Positions 18,456 to 28,896 of a stretch of 58,244 nucleotides of DNA are shown one piece after another (position 1 is the first letter of the stretch; each line of letters starts with the position of its first letter). Source of the stretch: Candidatus Omnitrophota bacterium (lineage in GTDB: Bacteria > Omnitrophota > Gorgyraeia > Zapsychrales > JAHFFX01); NCBI GenBank assembly GCA_023247725.1, contig JAHFFW010000016.1, positions 1-58,244 on the forward strand, given 5' to 3'. Under the pieces are notes generated by a model, which worked only from the letters and a program-made list of their open reading frames with translations, was not told the origin of the DNA and did not search any database. The position numbers were made by a program, and so were the translations under genes.

Positions 18456-19548
18456 GACGCCAGGTTTTTCCATTCATTAGAATGATGAAATAAAGACTGA
18501 CCACCGACAAGGCCGCGGCCACATGGCCCAAACTCATTTGGGATAAAGTTCTGCCTAATGCGGGGAAAACGGTCCAAGCGATATCCATGCATCGCATCAC
18601 AATGACCCACAGGGCAATCCCGATCAGGGTTTGGGGATCCTTTTTGAAAGCCCTTCGCAGCAGCAATAAAAAGGGAATGAAAAAATGTCCGACGATGAGA
18701 GAACACGCCACGAATCCCCACCCTCCTTTGATTCGCGGAAGATACCAGTTGATTTCCTCTGGAAGGTTTCCCATCCAGATGATGAGAAACTGCGCAAAGG
18801 ACATATAAGCCCAGAGCATGACCATGACGAGGAGCAAGTTGCCCAGATCGCGGAAGACAAAGGCCTCCTCTGGCCGGGGCTGGGGATTTTCAAAAAAGAT
18901 GAACAATACAATTAGGAAACAATAACCCAACAGAACGCGGCCTTCGACGGACAGGATTCCGAACATGGTTGAATACCAATGATAGTCAATGCTCATCACC
19001 CAATCGATGGAGGCAAAGGTCCCGGAGAAAACATACAGAACGCCTAAGAGACCGGCCAAATTAAATCGTTGCGGACCAGAGAGCCAATAAAGACTTCCCA
19101 GCCATATTGCAAAATATAAAACCGTGCGCAGAAGAAAAAACGGTTGATTCAGATACAGACTTTTACTCGCCAGCATTTCTGGACTTACGTTCATCCATCC
19201 GTAAATCCGGTGCAGCCAAAAAAGATTGGGCAATCCCAAGACAAAGGCGATCGGCAATGACCAGGCCATCGCCACATAATATTTTTTAATGACCAGGCCC
19301 CAGGCCCCTCCCGTTAAGGTGTGGATGATCCAAATGCCCAGGGCGCCAATCGGAATGCCGACGACGAACAAAAATCCATAAAAATATCCTTCCACGAAAC
19401 TCTGGCGGTCGGTCATGAATTTCCAAAGACTGACAAGGATGGCTAAAGCAAAAGCAATCCATAGATTCTTAAGGACCCCTTGCCTTCTTTGCTCATCATA
19501 AGAGGTTTTCATCGACTCAAGAGGTTTTGGTTTCACCGACGGATTCAT
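18442..19548 (-). CDS. actF: Alternative complex III membrane subunit F
   Basis: About 10 TM helices; DWVMS....WYSTMFG, DLGNLL, QFLIIWMGNLPEE. Confidence 0.9.
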   Translation of the reverse strand: MNPSVKPKPLESMKTSYDEQRRQGVLKNLWIAFALAILVSLWKFMTDRQSFVEGYFYGFLFVVGIPIGALGIWIIHTLTGGAWGLVIKKYYVAMAWSLPIAFVLGLPNLFWLHRIYGWMNVSPEMLASKSLYLNQPFFLLRTVLYFAIWLGSLYWLSGPQRFNLAGLLGVLYVFSGTFASIDWVMSIDYHWYSTMFGILSVEGRVLLGYCFLIVLFIFFENPQPRPEEAFVFRDLGNLLLVMVMLWAYMSFAQFLIIWMGNLPEEINWYLPRIKGGWGFVACSLIVGHFFIPFLLLLRRAFKKDPQTLIGIALWVIVMRCMDIAWTVFPALGRTLSQMSLGHVAAALSVVSLYFIILMNGKTWRHEPN

Positions 19549-20192
19549 TGGGGGAGAGCTGGTTCTGGATTTTTTTTCGGTTCCACAAAGGCATTGGGAT
19601 CATCTTCACTTAATTTGTTCAGTTCTTTCTGGATATCCGGGGTGACCTGGTCGATCGGAACCTGCCGGCTCTGTTGCAGGGCCCGGATATAAGCGGCCAC
19701 GGCCCAGCGATCGTTTTCATCTAGCACATCGCGGTAGGGAGCCATCTTTCGACTGCCGTCGGTCATGATGCGAAAGAAGTACCCGACGGGCATTTGCCGC
19801 AAGCGCGCGATGTGAAATGACGGCGGTTGAGTAAACCCTCTTTGCACCACCATGCCATTGCCTTCTCCAGTCTGAGCGTGACAGACCGCGCAGTAAATAT
19901 TGAACCGCTCCCTTCCTCTTTCGAGCACCGCGCGATTGACTGGGATAGGGCAATAGGCAAGATATTTTCCGCTTTCCATCCCGGAAAAAAACGGCGAATC
20001 GCCTTTGAGGTGGCCCCGGGCCACGGTTCCGTTCACCAAAGGCCGGGCAGAACTCCCATCGGCAAAAAACGGATCCTCTTCATACGGTTTTAAACGGGAA
20101 TTATCCGCCATCTCATGCTGGCCGCAGGAGGTCAGGACAACGAGCATGAGAACCACCCACATCAACCGGCTTAAGGCATTCCATGGTTTCAT
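19545..20192 (-). CDS. actE: Alternative complex III monoheme cytochrome c lipoprotein
   Basis: Lipobox LTSC, CAVCH, DRWAVAAYIRALQ. Confidence 0.9.
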   Translation of the reverse strand: MKPWNALSRLMWVVLMLVVLTSCGQHEMADNSRLKPYEEDPFFADGSSARPLVNGTVARGHLKGDSPFFSGMESGKYLAYCPIPVNRAVLERGRERFNIYCAVCHAQTGEGNGMVVQRGFTQPPSFHIARLRQMPVGYFFRIMTDGSRKMAPYRDVLDENDRWAVAAYIRALQQSRQVPIDQVTPDIQKELNKLSEDDPNAFVEPKKNPEPALPQ

Positions 20193-20752
20193 TAATGTTC
20201 CACCCGGTTCATATCCGCAGCGTTCGTCTTTTTTAAGAATTCGCTCACTTCCTCTATATTAAACTTCGGATCATCGGCCATAATGCAGAGAAAAAAACTA
20301 TCCAAGCTCGCCCGGTCAAAGGTCGGGATATTAAAAACTGGATGATAAATTTCGGGAAGGCCGCAACGGGAAAGGAGTGTCACAAAACCCGTAATGGCGG
20401 CGAAAAGCACCGTCAGCTCAAAAGTGATAGGAATAAAAGCGGGCCAGCTATTGAAAGGCCGACCACCAATATTGAGTTTGTCATCAAAGACATTGGCATA
20501 AAATTGCATGAAGAACCCGGCTAAACATCCCGTAAGTCCGCCGAAAAAGACCGCCCAGGGCAGACGCCGGTCTTTGTGCCCCAGGATTTCAAATAACTCT
20601 TCGACGGGAAACGGCGAATAAGCCTCCATGCGGGTATAACCGTTACTTCTGGCGAGGCGGGCAGCCTCAACGAGTTGGTCTTTATCCGCATAACGGGCGG
20701 CCATCCCGAAGAATCCTGTTGGTTTTTGTGAAACCAAATTATTTGTGTTCAT
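20192..20752 (-). CDS. actD: Alternative complex III subunit D (DUF3341)
   Basis: EAYSPFPVE, NIGGRP..SWPAFIPITFELTVL. Confidence 0.92.
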   Translation of the reverse strand: MNTNNLVSQKPTGFFGMAARYADKDQLVEAARLARSNGYTRMEAYSPFPVEELFEILGHKDRRLPWAVFFGGLTGCLAGFFMQFYANVFDDKLNIGGRPFNSWPAFIPITFELTVLFAAITGFVTLLSRCGLPEIYHPVFNIPTFDRASLDSFFLCIMADDPKFNIEEVSEFLKKTNAADMNRVEH

Positions 20753-22082
20753 GAGTCAATAACTCTTTCACCTCAAAACTCGCGATCATAGGCAAGGTCC
20801 GCACAAAAATTAAAATCGCGACAAAAAAGAAGCCAATGGTTCCAAGATAAGTCGACCAGTCCCAGACCGTCGGATAATACATGGCCCAGGCCGAAGGCAT
20901 AAAGTCCCGATGCAGGCTAACGACGACAATGACAAACCGTTCCAGCCACATGCCAATATTAAAAATGATGGATAGGATGAATAAAATGACCGGATTTCTG
21001 CGGACCTGAGGAAACCATAGGATCTGAACCGCAATGACGTTGCACAGGATCAGCATCCAGTACATGATCCCGTACGGACCCGTGGTGACATTTTTGATGA
21101 GAAAATGTTCATACAAATTTCCGCTGTACCAGGCGATAAACATCTCCATCATGTAGCCGTAGCCCACAATCAATCCGGTCGTGAGCGTCACCTTTGCCAT
21201 GACATCCAGATGCGCTTCGGTAATGATCGATTCCAAATGATAAATTTTCCGTACCGGAATCATGAGGGTCAGGACCATCGCAAATCCGGAATAAATCGCT
21301 CCGGCGACAAAATACGGCGGGAAAATGGTGGTATGCCAGCCGGGAACAATCGAGGAGGCAAAATCGAAACTGACCACGGTATGGACGGAAACAACCAGCG
21401 GTGTCGAGATCCCCGCTAGCAAAAGGTAAAGCGTATTGAATTTCTCCCAGTGAACCGCAGCCCCGCGCCAACCCAACGAAAGAATTCCATAAATCCGTTT
21501 CTTCCAGTATGTTTGTGCCCGGTCGCGCGCCGAGGCCAAGTCCGGGAGCAATCCCGTATACCAAAATAATAAGGAAACCGTAAAATAGGTCGTGACCGCG
21601 AAGATATCCCACATGAGCGGGCTGCGGAATTGCGGCCACAAACCCATGGTATTGGGATACGGAACCATCCAGTAGAATCGCTGCGGCCGTCCCAAATGCA
21701 GGATGGGAAACATCCCGGCGCACATGACGGCAAAAAGCGTCATGGTTTCGGCAAATCGGTTGATGGCCGCGCGCCACGGTTGATGCAAGAGGAATAAAAA
21801 GGCCGAAATAAAAGTGCCGGCATGGCCAATCCCGATCCACCAGACAAAGTTGATGATGGCAAACCCCCAGCCAACGGGAATCCGGATGCCCCAAATTCCC
21901 ACGCCTTTAACGAAAAGCCAGAAGATGGAAATCTGTAAAACAATGAAAAGTGGAAAGGCAACGGCAAAGACAAAAAGCCACGGCCGGCGGAATCCCTTCT
22001 CGAGAGGAATTCCTATGACGCTCCGATCGATCGAGGCGTAATCCGGTTTTTCAGCGGTTATAAAATGCTCGTGTTTGTCCAT
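20739..22082 (-). CDS. actC: Alternative complex III subunit C (NrfD/PsrC family)
   Basis: NFVWWIGIGHAGT, HLGRP, SPLMWD, SVHTVVSFDFA, WHTTIFPPYFVAGA. Confidence 0.95.
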   Translation of the reverse strand: MDKHEHFITAEKPDYASIDRSVIGIPLEKGFRRPWLFVFAVAFPLFIVLQISIFWLFVKGVGIWGIRIPVGWGFAIINFVWWIGIGHAGTFISAFLFLLHQPWRAAINRFAETMTLFAVMCAGMFPILHLGRPQRFYWMVPYPNTMGLWPQFRSPLMWDIFAVTTYFTVSLLFWYTGLLPDLASARDRAQTYWKKRIYGILSLGWRGAAVHWEKFNTLYLLLAGISTPLVVSVHTVVSFDFASSIVPGWHTTIFPPYFVAGAIYSGFAMVLTLMIPVRKIYHLESIITEAHLDVMAKVTLTTGLIVGYGYMMEMFIAWYSGNLYEHFLIKNVTTGPYGIMYWMLILCNVIAVQILWFPQVRRNPVILFILSIIFNIGMWLERFVIVVVSLHRDFMPSAWAMYYPTVWDWSTYLGTIGFFFVAILIFVRTLPMIASFEVKELLTHEHK

Positions 22083-25049
22083 TTAAACCATCTTGGGATT
22101 AGGATTTTTAATTTTGGCCAAATAGGTTGTTCTCGGCCGGGTCCCCAAATCCGTCAAGATGCCGTAATGAAGATCATGCCCTTTCTTCTTCGAAACCTGA
22201 GATTGCGGATCGCGTATGTTGCCAAAGGTGATTGCCTGCGCCGGACAAACTTGCTGGCAGGCCGTGATGACCTCTCCATCGCGGATTTTCCGGTTTTCTT
22301 CTCGGGCTTCGATGCGTGCGTGGTTGATGCGTTGGACACAATAGGTGCACTTTTCCATGACGCCCCGGGTACGGACCGTGACATCGGGATTGCGGGCAAG
22401 CCGGATGAGATCCGGCTCTGCCTGGGTGTACGCATAAAAATTGAATCTGCGGACTTTATACGGGCAATTGTTGGAGCAATAGCGGGTGCCGATGCAGCGG
22501 TTATAGGTCATTTCATTCAAACCTTCTTGGCTGTGTGTTGTGGCCTCAACCGGACACATCAGTTCGCAGGGCGCGTTTTCACAATGCATGCAGGGCACGG
22601 GCTGATGATGCGTCTGCGGATTCTCTACGGGGCCTTCATAGTATCGGTCCACGCGGATCCAATGCATTTCCCGGCTGTTGATGACTTCACTTTTACCGAC
22701 GACGGGGATATTGTTTTCAACCTGGCAGGCCAAGGTACAAGCGTTACAGCCGATACACAGATTCAAATCAATGGCCATACCCCATTGGTATTCGTTTTCC
22801 AAATGCTCTTTAGGATGGTACAGCGTTTCTTCCTTTTCCGGAGAAGGGGAAACAGTCCGGGAGACAAAATCTGGCTGCGACTGATAAGTGGAAAGATCGG
22901 CCGCAATAACCAGGTCTCTCCCCTCCATGCTGCTGTGCTGTTGTGAGCTGGCGAGTTGGATCAATGTCCCAGTCTTTTTAACGGCAACGCCCTGTATTTC
23001 AAAAGGACTGACGGAATTTTGTATTTTGAATGCATCGAAGCCTAATCCGTTGCCGATAGTGCCGGCGGCTCGGCGGCCATACCCTAAATGAATCGTGATC
23101 ACCTGATTCGCCTGTCCGGGAAAGATCCAAATCGGGGCTTGGATTTTTTGATTATTTTTGGAGATTTCAATGACTTCGCCATTTGTCAAATTGGAAGATT
23201 GCGCGAACGTCGGAGAAATCAAGGCAACATTTTCCCAAGTCAGGCGGGTCAGTGGTTTGGGTAATTCCTGCAGCCAGCCGTTATTGGCAAACTGTCCATC
23301 CAGAATATGCGGGTCGGGACGAATGAGGAGAGTGAATGGTTCCGGGCCGACGGGGTGATCGTCGTTCACTTTAATCAATTTTGGAGCCGGTAGTGAAATA
23401 GCCGGCGATGCGCTTTGCTCCATGACTCCATCGTGCAAAGTTTTGTTCCAAAAATCAGGGAAGTCGGCTCTCGGGTTTTTTTCACTCCAATATCGTTGGA
23501 TCATTTCTAAGGATGACTCATTGCCCCGGTCAACAAAAAGGGCGCATAAATCATAGTCCGTTTTGCCATTGTATAACGGTTCAATCAAGGGCTGACGGAT
23601 GGTGACGGTTCCATCAAAGGCCTTGAGATCTCCCCATGCTTCCAGTTCTTGAGCGGACGGGATATGCCATTGAGATAACCCAGCGGTTTCATCCAGATAA
23701 AGCCCCATATGGACCCGAAACTCGGCTTTTTCGTACGCTTCATTAAATTGCAGGTCGGCGGGAGTTGCATAAACTGGATTGGAGTCAATGACAAATAAAT
23801 CCGTAACTTTCTGATCGTGAAGCTCCTTCGCCAGGGTTCGAATTGATTCTGTTCCGTTTTCAGAAGCAGGTTCATTAGAGGCAATATAATCAATGGTTTG
23901 ACCAACGTTCGCTAAAAGATGATTGATCTGGCCAACCATGATTTGAATGTCAACGGGTTGTTCAGCCCCCGCAATGAGTAAAGACTTTTTTGAGTGCTGT
24001 GCCAAATCATCGGCCATGGCTTCCACCCGGCGCTGGTTTTCCTTGGACAAGAGGTTATGCTGGGACGGTGAATCGTTTTGCAGAAGTTTCCAAAGCGACT
24101 TAAGGAATATTCGCATTTCGATCGGCGAAAAAATGAGCCGATGGTCGGCCATGGCACCGGTTAAGGTGGGGGTTGATTCGAGCGCGTATAAACGGTTCAT
24201 TTTTAAGTTTTGGGAATCGATCCGACGGCGTTGGCTGAATTCCCGTGAATAAGCCAGAGCGCCTGAGCCTTGCGCCAGAAAATCGCTTTCTATCGAAACA
24301 ATCACGTCGGCATTTTTGATCCGGAAAACCGGCTGCAAATCCTGGCCGTACATCTCAAACAAGGCCTGACGGGAGCAATCGCAATGGATGGGACTATACT
24401 GGTGCCATTTCGCAGAAGGGAATGTTTGAAGAATTTGTTCTCGTAGTGAGGCAAGCGTCGGAGAAATGATGGGTTTGGAAAGGAATCGTAGTCCCTCCCC
24501 TTTCCGCGCCCGCAGTTTGGGCATCCGGGCTGCCAAAGCGTCGGTGAATTGCTTCCAGGTGGCCGGTAAATTATTAAAGAGAATTCCCCGCGAGCGGTCA
24601 GGGTCATAAAGCTGATAAAGGACCGCTTGAGTGATGCAATCGGTAGCGCCCAGGCTGTCGGGATGATGAGGATTGCCTTCAATTTTTGTCGGGCGCCCCA
24701 TGTGGCTTTCCACCAGGACCCCGCGGGCAAATCCAGAGAACGAAATGGCTGTCGCGAAGTAAAGCGGCTTTCCCGGGATGATTCCTTCCTGCGACTTCAC
24801 ATAGGGGATAATTTTTTCCACGGATTTGCTGCATCCGGCCAGGGCCAGCATCATGATTTGCGCGCTCATGAGTTTTAAAAAGGAACGGCGGGTGATCTTT
24901 CCGTCCCAAAAACTTCCGGACTGGGGAAATTCGTGGCGCAGATAATCCTGGACTTGCGGATCATCGGCAGCTTCTTCTAAACTCCTCCAAAAAGTTTTGT
25001 CGTTAGTTCGGACCAGATTTTTGAGTTTTTCAATTTTGTCCATAGTCAT
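22083..25049 (-). CDS. actB: Alternative complex III subunit B (molybdopterin-oxidoreductase-like plus Fe-S)
   Basis: FWRSLEE leader, Tat motif TRRSFLK and lipobox LAGC; C-terminal CIGCNACTLAC, CMHCENAPC..C, CIGTRYCSNNCPY, CTYC...CQQVC. Confidence 0.95.
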   Translation of the reverse strand: MTMDKIEKLKNLVRTNDKTFWRSLEEAADDPQVQDYLRHEFPQSGSFWDGKITRRSFLKLMSAQIMMLALAGCSKSVEKIIPYVKSQEGIIPGKPLYFATAISFSGFARGVLVESHMGRPTKIEGNPHHPDSLGATDCITQAVLYQLYDPDRSRGILFNNLPATWKQFTDALAARMPKLRARKGEGLRFLSKPIISPTLASLREQILQTFPSAKWHQYSPIHCDCSRQALFEMYGQDLQPVFRIKNADVIVSIESDFLAQGSGALAYSREFSQRRRIDSQNLKMNRLYALESTPTLTGAMADHRLIFSPIEMRIFLKSLWKLLQNDSPSQHNLLSKENQRRVEAMADDLAQHSKKSLLIAGAEQPVDIQIMVGQINHLLANVGQTIDYIASNEPASENGTESIRTLAKELHDQKVTDLFVIDSNPVYATPADLQFNEAYEKAEFRVHMGLYLDETAGLSQWHIPSAQELEAWGDLKAFDGTVTIRQPLIEPLYNGKTDYDLCALFVDRGNESSLEMIQRYWSEKNPRADFPDFWNKTLHDGVMEQSASPAISLPAPKLIKVNDDHPVGPEPFTLLIRPDPHILDGQFANNGWLQELPKPLTRLTWENVALISPTFAQSSNLTNGEVIEISKNNQKIQAPIWIFPGQANQVITIHLGYGRRAAGTIGNGLGFDAFKIQNSVSPFEIQGVAVKKTGTLIQLASSQQHSSMEGRDLVIAADLSTYQSQPDFVSRTVSPSPEKEETLYHPKEHLENEYQWGMAIDLNLCIGCNACTLACQVENNIPVVGKSEVINSREMHWIRVDRYYEGPVENPQTHHQPVPCMHCENAPCELMCPVEATTHSQEGLNEMTYNRCIGTRYCSNNCPYKVRRFNFYAYTQAEPDLIRLARNPDVTVRTRGVMEKCTYCVQRINHARIEAREENRKIRDGEVITACQQVCPAQAITFGNIRDPQSQVSKKKGHDLHYGILTDLGTRPRTTYLAKIKNPNPKMV

Positions 25050-25058
25050 CAGATTAAT

Positions 25059-25712
25059 CTAGCGGTGACAGGCGGAACAATTGCGTATTTCTTTGACCCG
25101 TTTGGGATCGATGTTTGGGTCCCAAGGTTTATAACTCATTTCCGTCGGAGTCTTCGGGGGCTGCCTTTGATTATTTTGATGCAAGGCCACATAATGTCCG
25201 GGATGCTCATGACAACTCATACACCAGCCCATATAAAGGGTATTTTCTTTTCTCATCAAGGGCATGGACTCGACTTTGCCGTGACAAACCTGGCAGGCGA
25301 TTCCCTTTTGCACATGGATGCTGTGATCGAAATAGACAAAATCGGGCAGATTATGAACCCGATTCCAGACAATGGGCTTGCCGGTTCTATAGCTTTCTCT
25401 CACCGGCAAAAGCATAGGGGAATCCTTCCAGATTTCTTGATGGCATTTCATGCAGGTTTCGGTCGAAGGCATTCCGGCAAATGAACTTTTCTCAACGGAG
25501 GTGTGGCAAAACCGGCAATCAATCCCTAAGCCTTCCACGTGATGCTCATGACTAAAGGGAACGGGCTGAGCAAGGGGGATTCCGACACCAGTTTGGCTCG
25601 ATGACCATTGGTGCATAATCGCTGTGGTTATCCAACCGATCAGCAACAACAGGCCACCCACAATAATCCCGCGGAAAAAAGTATTATCGATGGGTTTGAA
25701 TATTTGCGCCAT
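25059..25712 (-). CDS. actA: Alternative complex III pentaheme cytochrome c
   Basis: Five CxxCH (CRFCH, CMKCH, CQVCH, CMSCH, CSACH); start reassigned to MAQIF at 25712. Confidence 0.95.
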   Translation of the reverse strand: MAQIFKPIDNTFFRGIIVGGLLLLIGWITTAIMHQWSSSQTGVGIPLAQPVPFSHEHHVEGLGIDCRFCHTSVEKSSFAGMPSTETCMKCHQEIWKDSPMLLPVRESYRTGKPIVWNRVHNLPDFVYFDHSIHVQKGIACQVCHGKVESMPLMRKENTLYMGWCMSCHEHPGHYVALHQNNQRQPPKTPTEMSYKPWDPNIDPKRVKEIRNCSACHR

Positions 25713-25864
25713 AAATTTTCGCGGGGGAGCTGCTTTTCGAAACTCGCGCAAGGCTTACCCGAAGGCCTTGGCTTAATGGAGGGAGGTTTTAAAACTATTC
25801 TGCTTCGCAAAAATAATAAGTTCGTTTAGTTTTGCTTCGCAGGAATATTCTCCCGAGCAGAATA

Positions 25865-25906
25865 ATTCCTCCGAAGCCCCGCTGTGGGCGGGGCGAAGGA
25901 GAATAA
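25865..25906. repeat. REP-like palindromic unit (sibling at 45292-45336)
   Basis: ATTCCTCCGAAGC-hairpin-GCGAAGGAGAATAA. Confidence 0.55.
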
Positions 25907-26198
25907 GAAGAATCGAAACAATCAAGATAATAAGGACGATTTCCCACCAACGATTCTTCTCGTGAAAGACTTTCTCCCTTCTTTAAAATATTACGATGCC
26001 TATCAATCTTCTCTTGTCGCATAAGGAATACTAAGGAAAAGGTTTTAAATTTGTTTAGGACATTATAGATTGTAGCGTAAGTTTACTGTTTGGCCAGCGA
26101 GATTTTTAAAATTCCTTTATCGCTCCAAATCTGGTAGGGGAATGCGGATCGGAGGTTGGTAAATCGCAGAAGGAAATTTTAGAGGAAATGCAGTGTGA

Positions 26199-26486
26199 CT
26201 AGGGGAAATTTTTTCGGTTGGTGATCATATGCCCGCACCATTCTTTTTCACAAGGAATTTTGTCGCCATCGCCGTCAATCTTAACGCCGGGGCAATGATG
26301 GAGATAAAAGAGCGCTTCTTCGCAGGAAACCATTTGCGAGCAGTAGATTTTTCCGGCACATTGAAATCCGGAGGCCGCATTGGGGATAGAATTGGATTCT
26401 GCCGGTGGATGCGCTTTGGTAAGAAAAAAATATCGCCCCGCGGCGAGGAAAACAACAATACCAATAACGAGGATCCAGGGTTTCAT
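26199..26486 (-). CDS. Excalibur calcium-binding domain protein, membrane anchored
   Basis: FQCAGKIYCSQMVSCEEA...C...IDGDGDKIPCE; start reassigned to ATG 26486. Confidence 0.85.
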   Translation of the reverse strand: MKPWILVIGIVVFLAAGRYFFLTKAHPPAESNSIPNAASGFQCAGKIYCSQMVSCEEALFYLHHCPGVKIDGDGDKIPCEKEWCGHMITNRKNFP

Positions 26487-26517
26487 GGTTCGGATGGGAA
26501 GCGCAAATGGTTGGCCT

Positions 26518-26562
26518 AAAAATGCGGGCGGCGCTGCACCGTTAAATTCAGCGCCGCCCGCA
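26518..26562 (-). terminator. Rho-independent terminator of the PKD gene
   Basis: Perfect 14-bp stem TGCGGGCGGCGCTG/CAGCGCCGCCCGCA followed by T5 on the minus strand. Confidence 0.75.
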
Positions 26563-26586
26563 AGAATGAATCGATCCGGTAGAACC

Positions 26587-28494
26587 TCATCGGACTTGAA
26601 TAATCGGAACGGGCGTTTGGTTGATCGTCGCCTTGAAGGTCGCGGCATCGGAACTGCAATGGGTTTCCGAATTATCGTCGACGGTTAGCCGCACGTTATA
26701 GACGCCGCCTTTGGAATAAGTATGATTGGTGATGGCCTCACTGGACCCATCGCCATCGCCAAAATCCCAATGGTAGCTGAGATTGTCGCCATCGGGGTCG
26801 CTCGATTGCATACCATTAAAGACCGTGGATTCTCCCATACAGCAGGCGGTGTTTTCTCCGGCATTGGCCACGGGCGACGAGTTGACCTTGACCATCGTGC
26901 TCGCCGAAACACTCGAGCACTCGGCACCGCGTCCGTCGTCGGCAATGACGGTCACTTTATAATTTCCCCCCTTGGCAAATTTGTGGGAACCCTTGGGTCC
27001 GCCTTTATAAATGCTGCCATCGCCAAAACTCCAGAAATATTCCAGCTTATCACCATTGGGATCTTTGGCCGCGGCATCAAAGCTGATCTCCTCATCCACG
27101 CAGCCGGCATGAGAGGGTTTCAGTGAAATCACGGGAGCGGAATTAATTTCTACATTCACCATATCCGAGGAGGAAGGGCAATCTCGGCTATGGGCATTCT
27201 CGACGGTCAAGGTCGCCTGAAAACGTCCGGGCTTAGCGTAAATATGTTGAACCTTTAATCCTCGCTCGTACGCTCCGTCGCCAAAAGTCCATTTGGAAAA
27301 AAGCACTTCTTCTCCGTCCACCGATGAAGGCGTGCCGTTAAATTCTACCGGGTCCCCCACGCAGGCCAATTTGTCTTCTCCGGCCTTGGCGACCGGAGCC
27401 CGATTTAAATTGACGGTGAGAGTGTCCTCGCTCGCATTACAGGAAAGTCCGGAATCATCTTTGACCTTCAATTTCACTTCATAGCGGCCGCTTTTTCGAT
27501 ACAAATGCGAAATGGTTTTCCCGTCTCCAGTTTCTCCGTCGCCAAAATCCCAAACGTAAGACAATTTGTCTCCATTGATATCAGTGGTTCCGGAGGCGTC
27601 AAATACAACCGCTTGATTGGTGTCTTTATCGACGCAGGTGATGAGAATATCCTGACCCGCATTGGCGACGGGGGGCGCGTTGACCGTGATCTTTTTGGAA
27701 ACACGATCCGTGCTGCAACCGGTCTTCGCGTTGTCGTCAACCACTAAGACAATGTTGTAATCGCCGCCCGTTGTGTAAGTGTGGCTGACCGAGCGCCCCT
27801 GTTTTTGATTCCCGTCGCCAAATTCCCACCAAAACGTCACATCCTTCGGTTTATCGGATTGGCTTTCGTATCCCTGCAGATTGATTTCTTGATTGACGCA
27901 GACATGTTCCGGAGCATCAAACGAACCTTTGGGAGGAATATTGACATTGATGACTTGAGCACTGGCAGCGGTGCTGCAATTGCCTTGCGTATTGTCGGTG
28001 ATCAATAGTTTAACGGTGTATTTGCCGCTTTTCGCGTAAGTATGAGTGATGATGGGTTCCGTGCTCGTCGTGCTATCGCCCAAATCCCATTGATAGGAAA
28101 GGTTCTGATTGTCTGGGTCATACGACTTGGAGGCATCGAAGGTGAATTGATTGCACTGTGTGCCAGTGGTCGTGGTGACGTTAAGGGCCTCGGAGTTTTT
28201 CGCGGAAGACTCTTTGACATCGATATCCATCTGATCCTTGTTTGGTTTAGTTTCGTTGGGAGCCTCGTTTTGCGCGGACGGGGGTTGGGTGGATTCCTTC
28301 TTATTGTCCTCATGTTCTTTGGTTATGGTTTGTCCTTCCTCTGGGGTGCTTGTTTCTTCCGGGTTTGATTCCTCAAAGGGATCCTCGTTTTCTGAAGCAC
28401 GCAGGGCGAAAGCATTGGAGATATGGAAGGTGGAAATGGCGAGGGACAGCAAAGATAAACAAAGAAGCTGAGATAGAACTTGGTGCTTACACAT
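26587..28494 (-). CDS. Secreted protein with six tandem PKD domains
   Basis: Signal peptide, acidic linker, six W(D/E/T/S)(F/L)GD repeats with H.Y...G.Y.V.L.V.D, each with Cys residues. Confidence 0.9.
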   Translation of the reverse strand: MCKHQVLSQLLCLSLLSLAISTFHISNAFALRASENEDPFEESNPEETSTPEEGQTITKEHEDNKKESTQPPSAQNEAPNETKPNKDQMDIDVKESSAKNSEALNVTTTTGTQCNQFTFDASKSYDPDNQNLSYQWDLGDSTTSTEPIITHTYAKSGKYTVKLLITDNTQGNCSTAASAQVINVNIPPKGSFDAPEHVCVNQEINLQGYESQSDKPKDVTFWWEFGDGNQKQGRSVSHTYTTGGDYNIVLVVDDNAKTGCSTDRVSKKITVNAPPVANAGQDILITCVDKDTNQAVVFDASGTTDINGDKLSYVWDFGDGETGDGKTISHLYRKSGRYEVKLKVKDDSGLSCNASEDTLTVNLNRAPVAKAGEDKLACVGDPVEFNGTPSSVDGEEVLFSKWTFGDGAYERGLKVQHIYAKPGRFQATLTVENAHSRDCPSSSDMVNVEINSAPVISLKPSHAGCVDEEISFDAAAKDPNGDKLEYFWSFGDGSIYKGGPKGSHKFAKGGNYKVTVIADDGRGAECSSVSASTMVKVNSSPVANAGENTACCMGESTVFNGMQSSDPDGDNLSYHWDFGDGDGSSEAITNHTYSKGGVYNVRLTVDDNSETHCSSDAATFKATINQTPVPIIQVR

Positions 28495-28645
28495 GTTGGA
28501 CTCCTTGCCGAGAATTGAGTGAATTGATTAAATTTTTGTAAAAATAAGTATACCATCTTTACTTGCCTTTTGCCGAAATTCTTCTAGGGTTTTTTGCTTC
28601 TGGTAAGAAGAATATATTGAAGAAAGGGCCCAATGAATCAGCTCA

Positions 28646-28816
28646 TCAGCTTTGTTTTTTGCCGATGACGTAATAAAGAACCATGCCGATGAGCGGCATA
28701 AGGAGGATGACGATCACCCACACGAGCTTTTCGGTTGAATCTTTCTTGCTCTGTAAGACATCGGCCAATGCCATGATATCCAGAATAATAACAATGAGAC
28801 AGAGAATGAAATTCAT
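28646..28816 (-). CDS. Small membrane protein, PLDc N-terminal-like domain
   Basis: GAGGAGG RBS; manual translation MNFILCLIVIILDIMALADVLQSKKDSTEKLVWVIVILLMPLIGMVLYYVIGKKQS (56 aa, below the track cutoff). Confidence 0.85.
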   Translation of the reverse strand: MNFILCLIVIILDIMALADVLQSKKDSTEKLVWVIVILLMPLIGMVLYYVIGKKQS

Positions 28817-28896
28817 AAAGCCTCCTCGGCGGTTTCTTAAATTTTTTTTGAAATCGGAGCCCGATGGATCATTCTTATTGAAGACGTCACGACTTA

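Noticed and set aside
25795-26022. 75-aa ORF upstream of actA
   Set aside because: It runs through REP-like palindromes and has no recognisable protein features.
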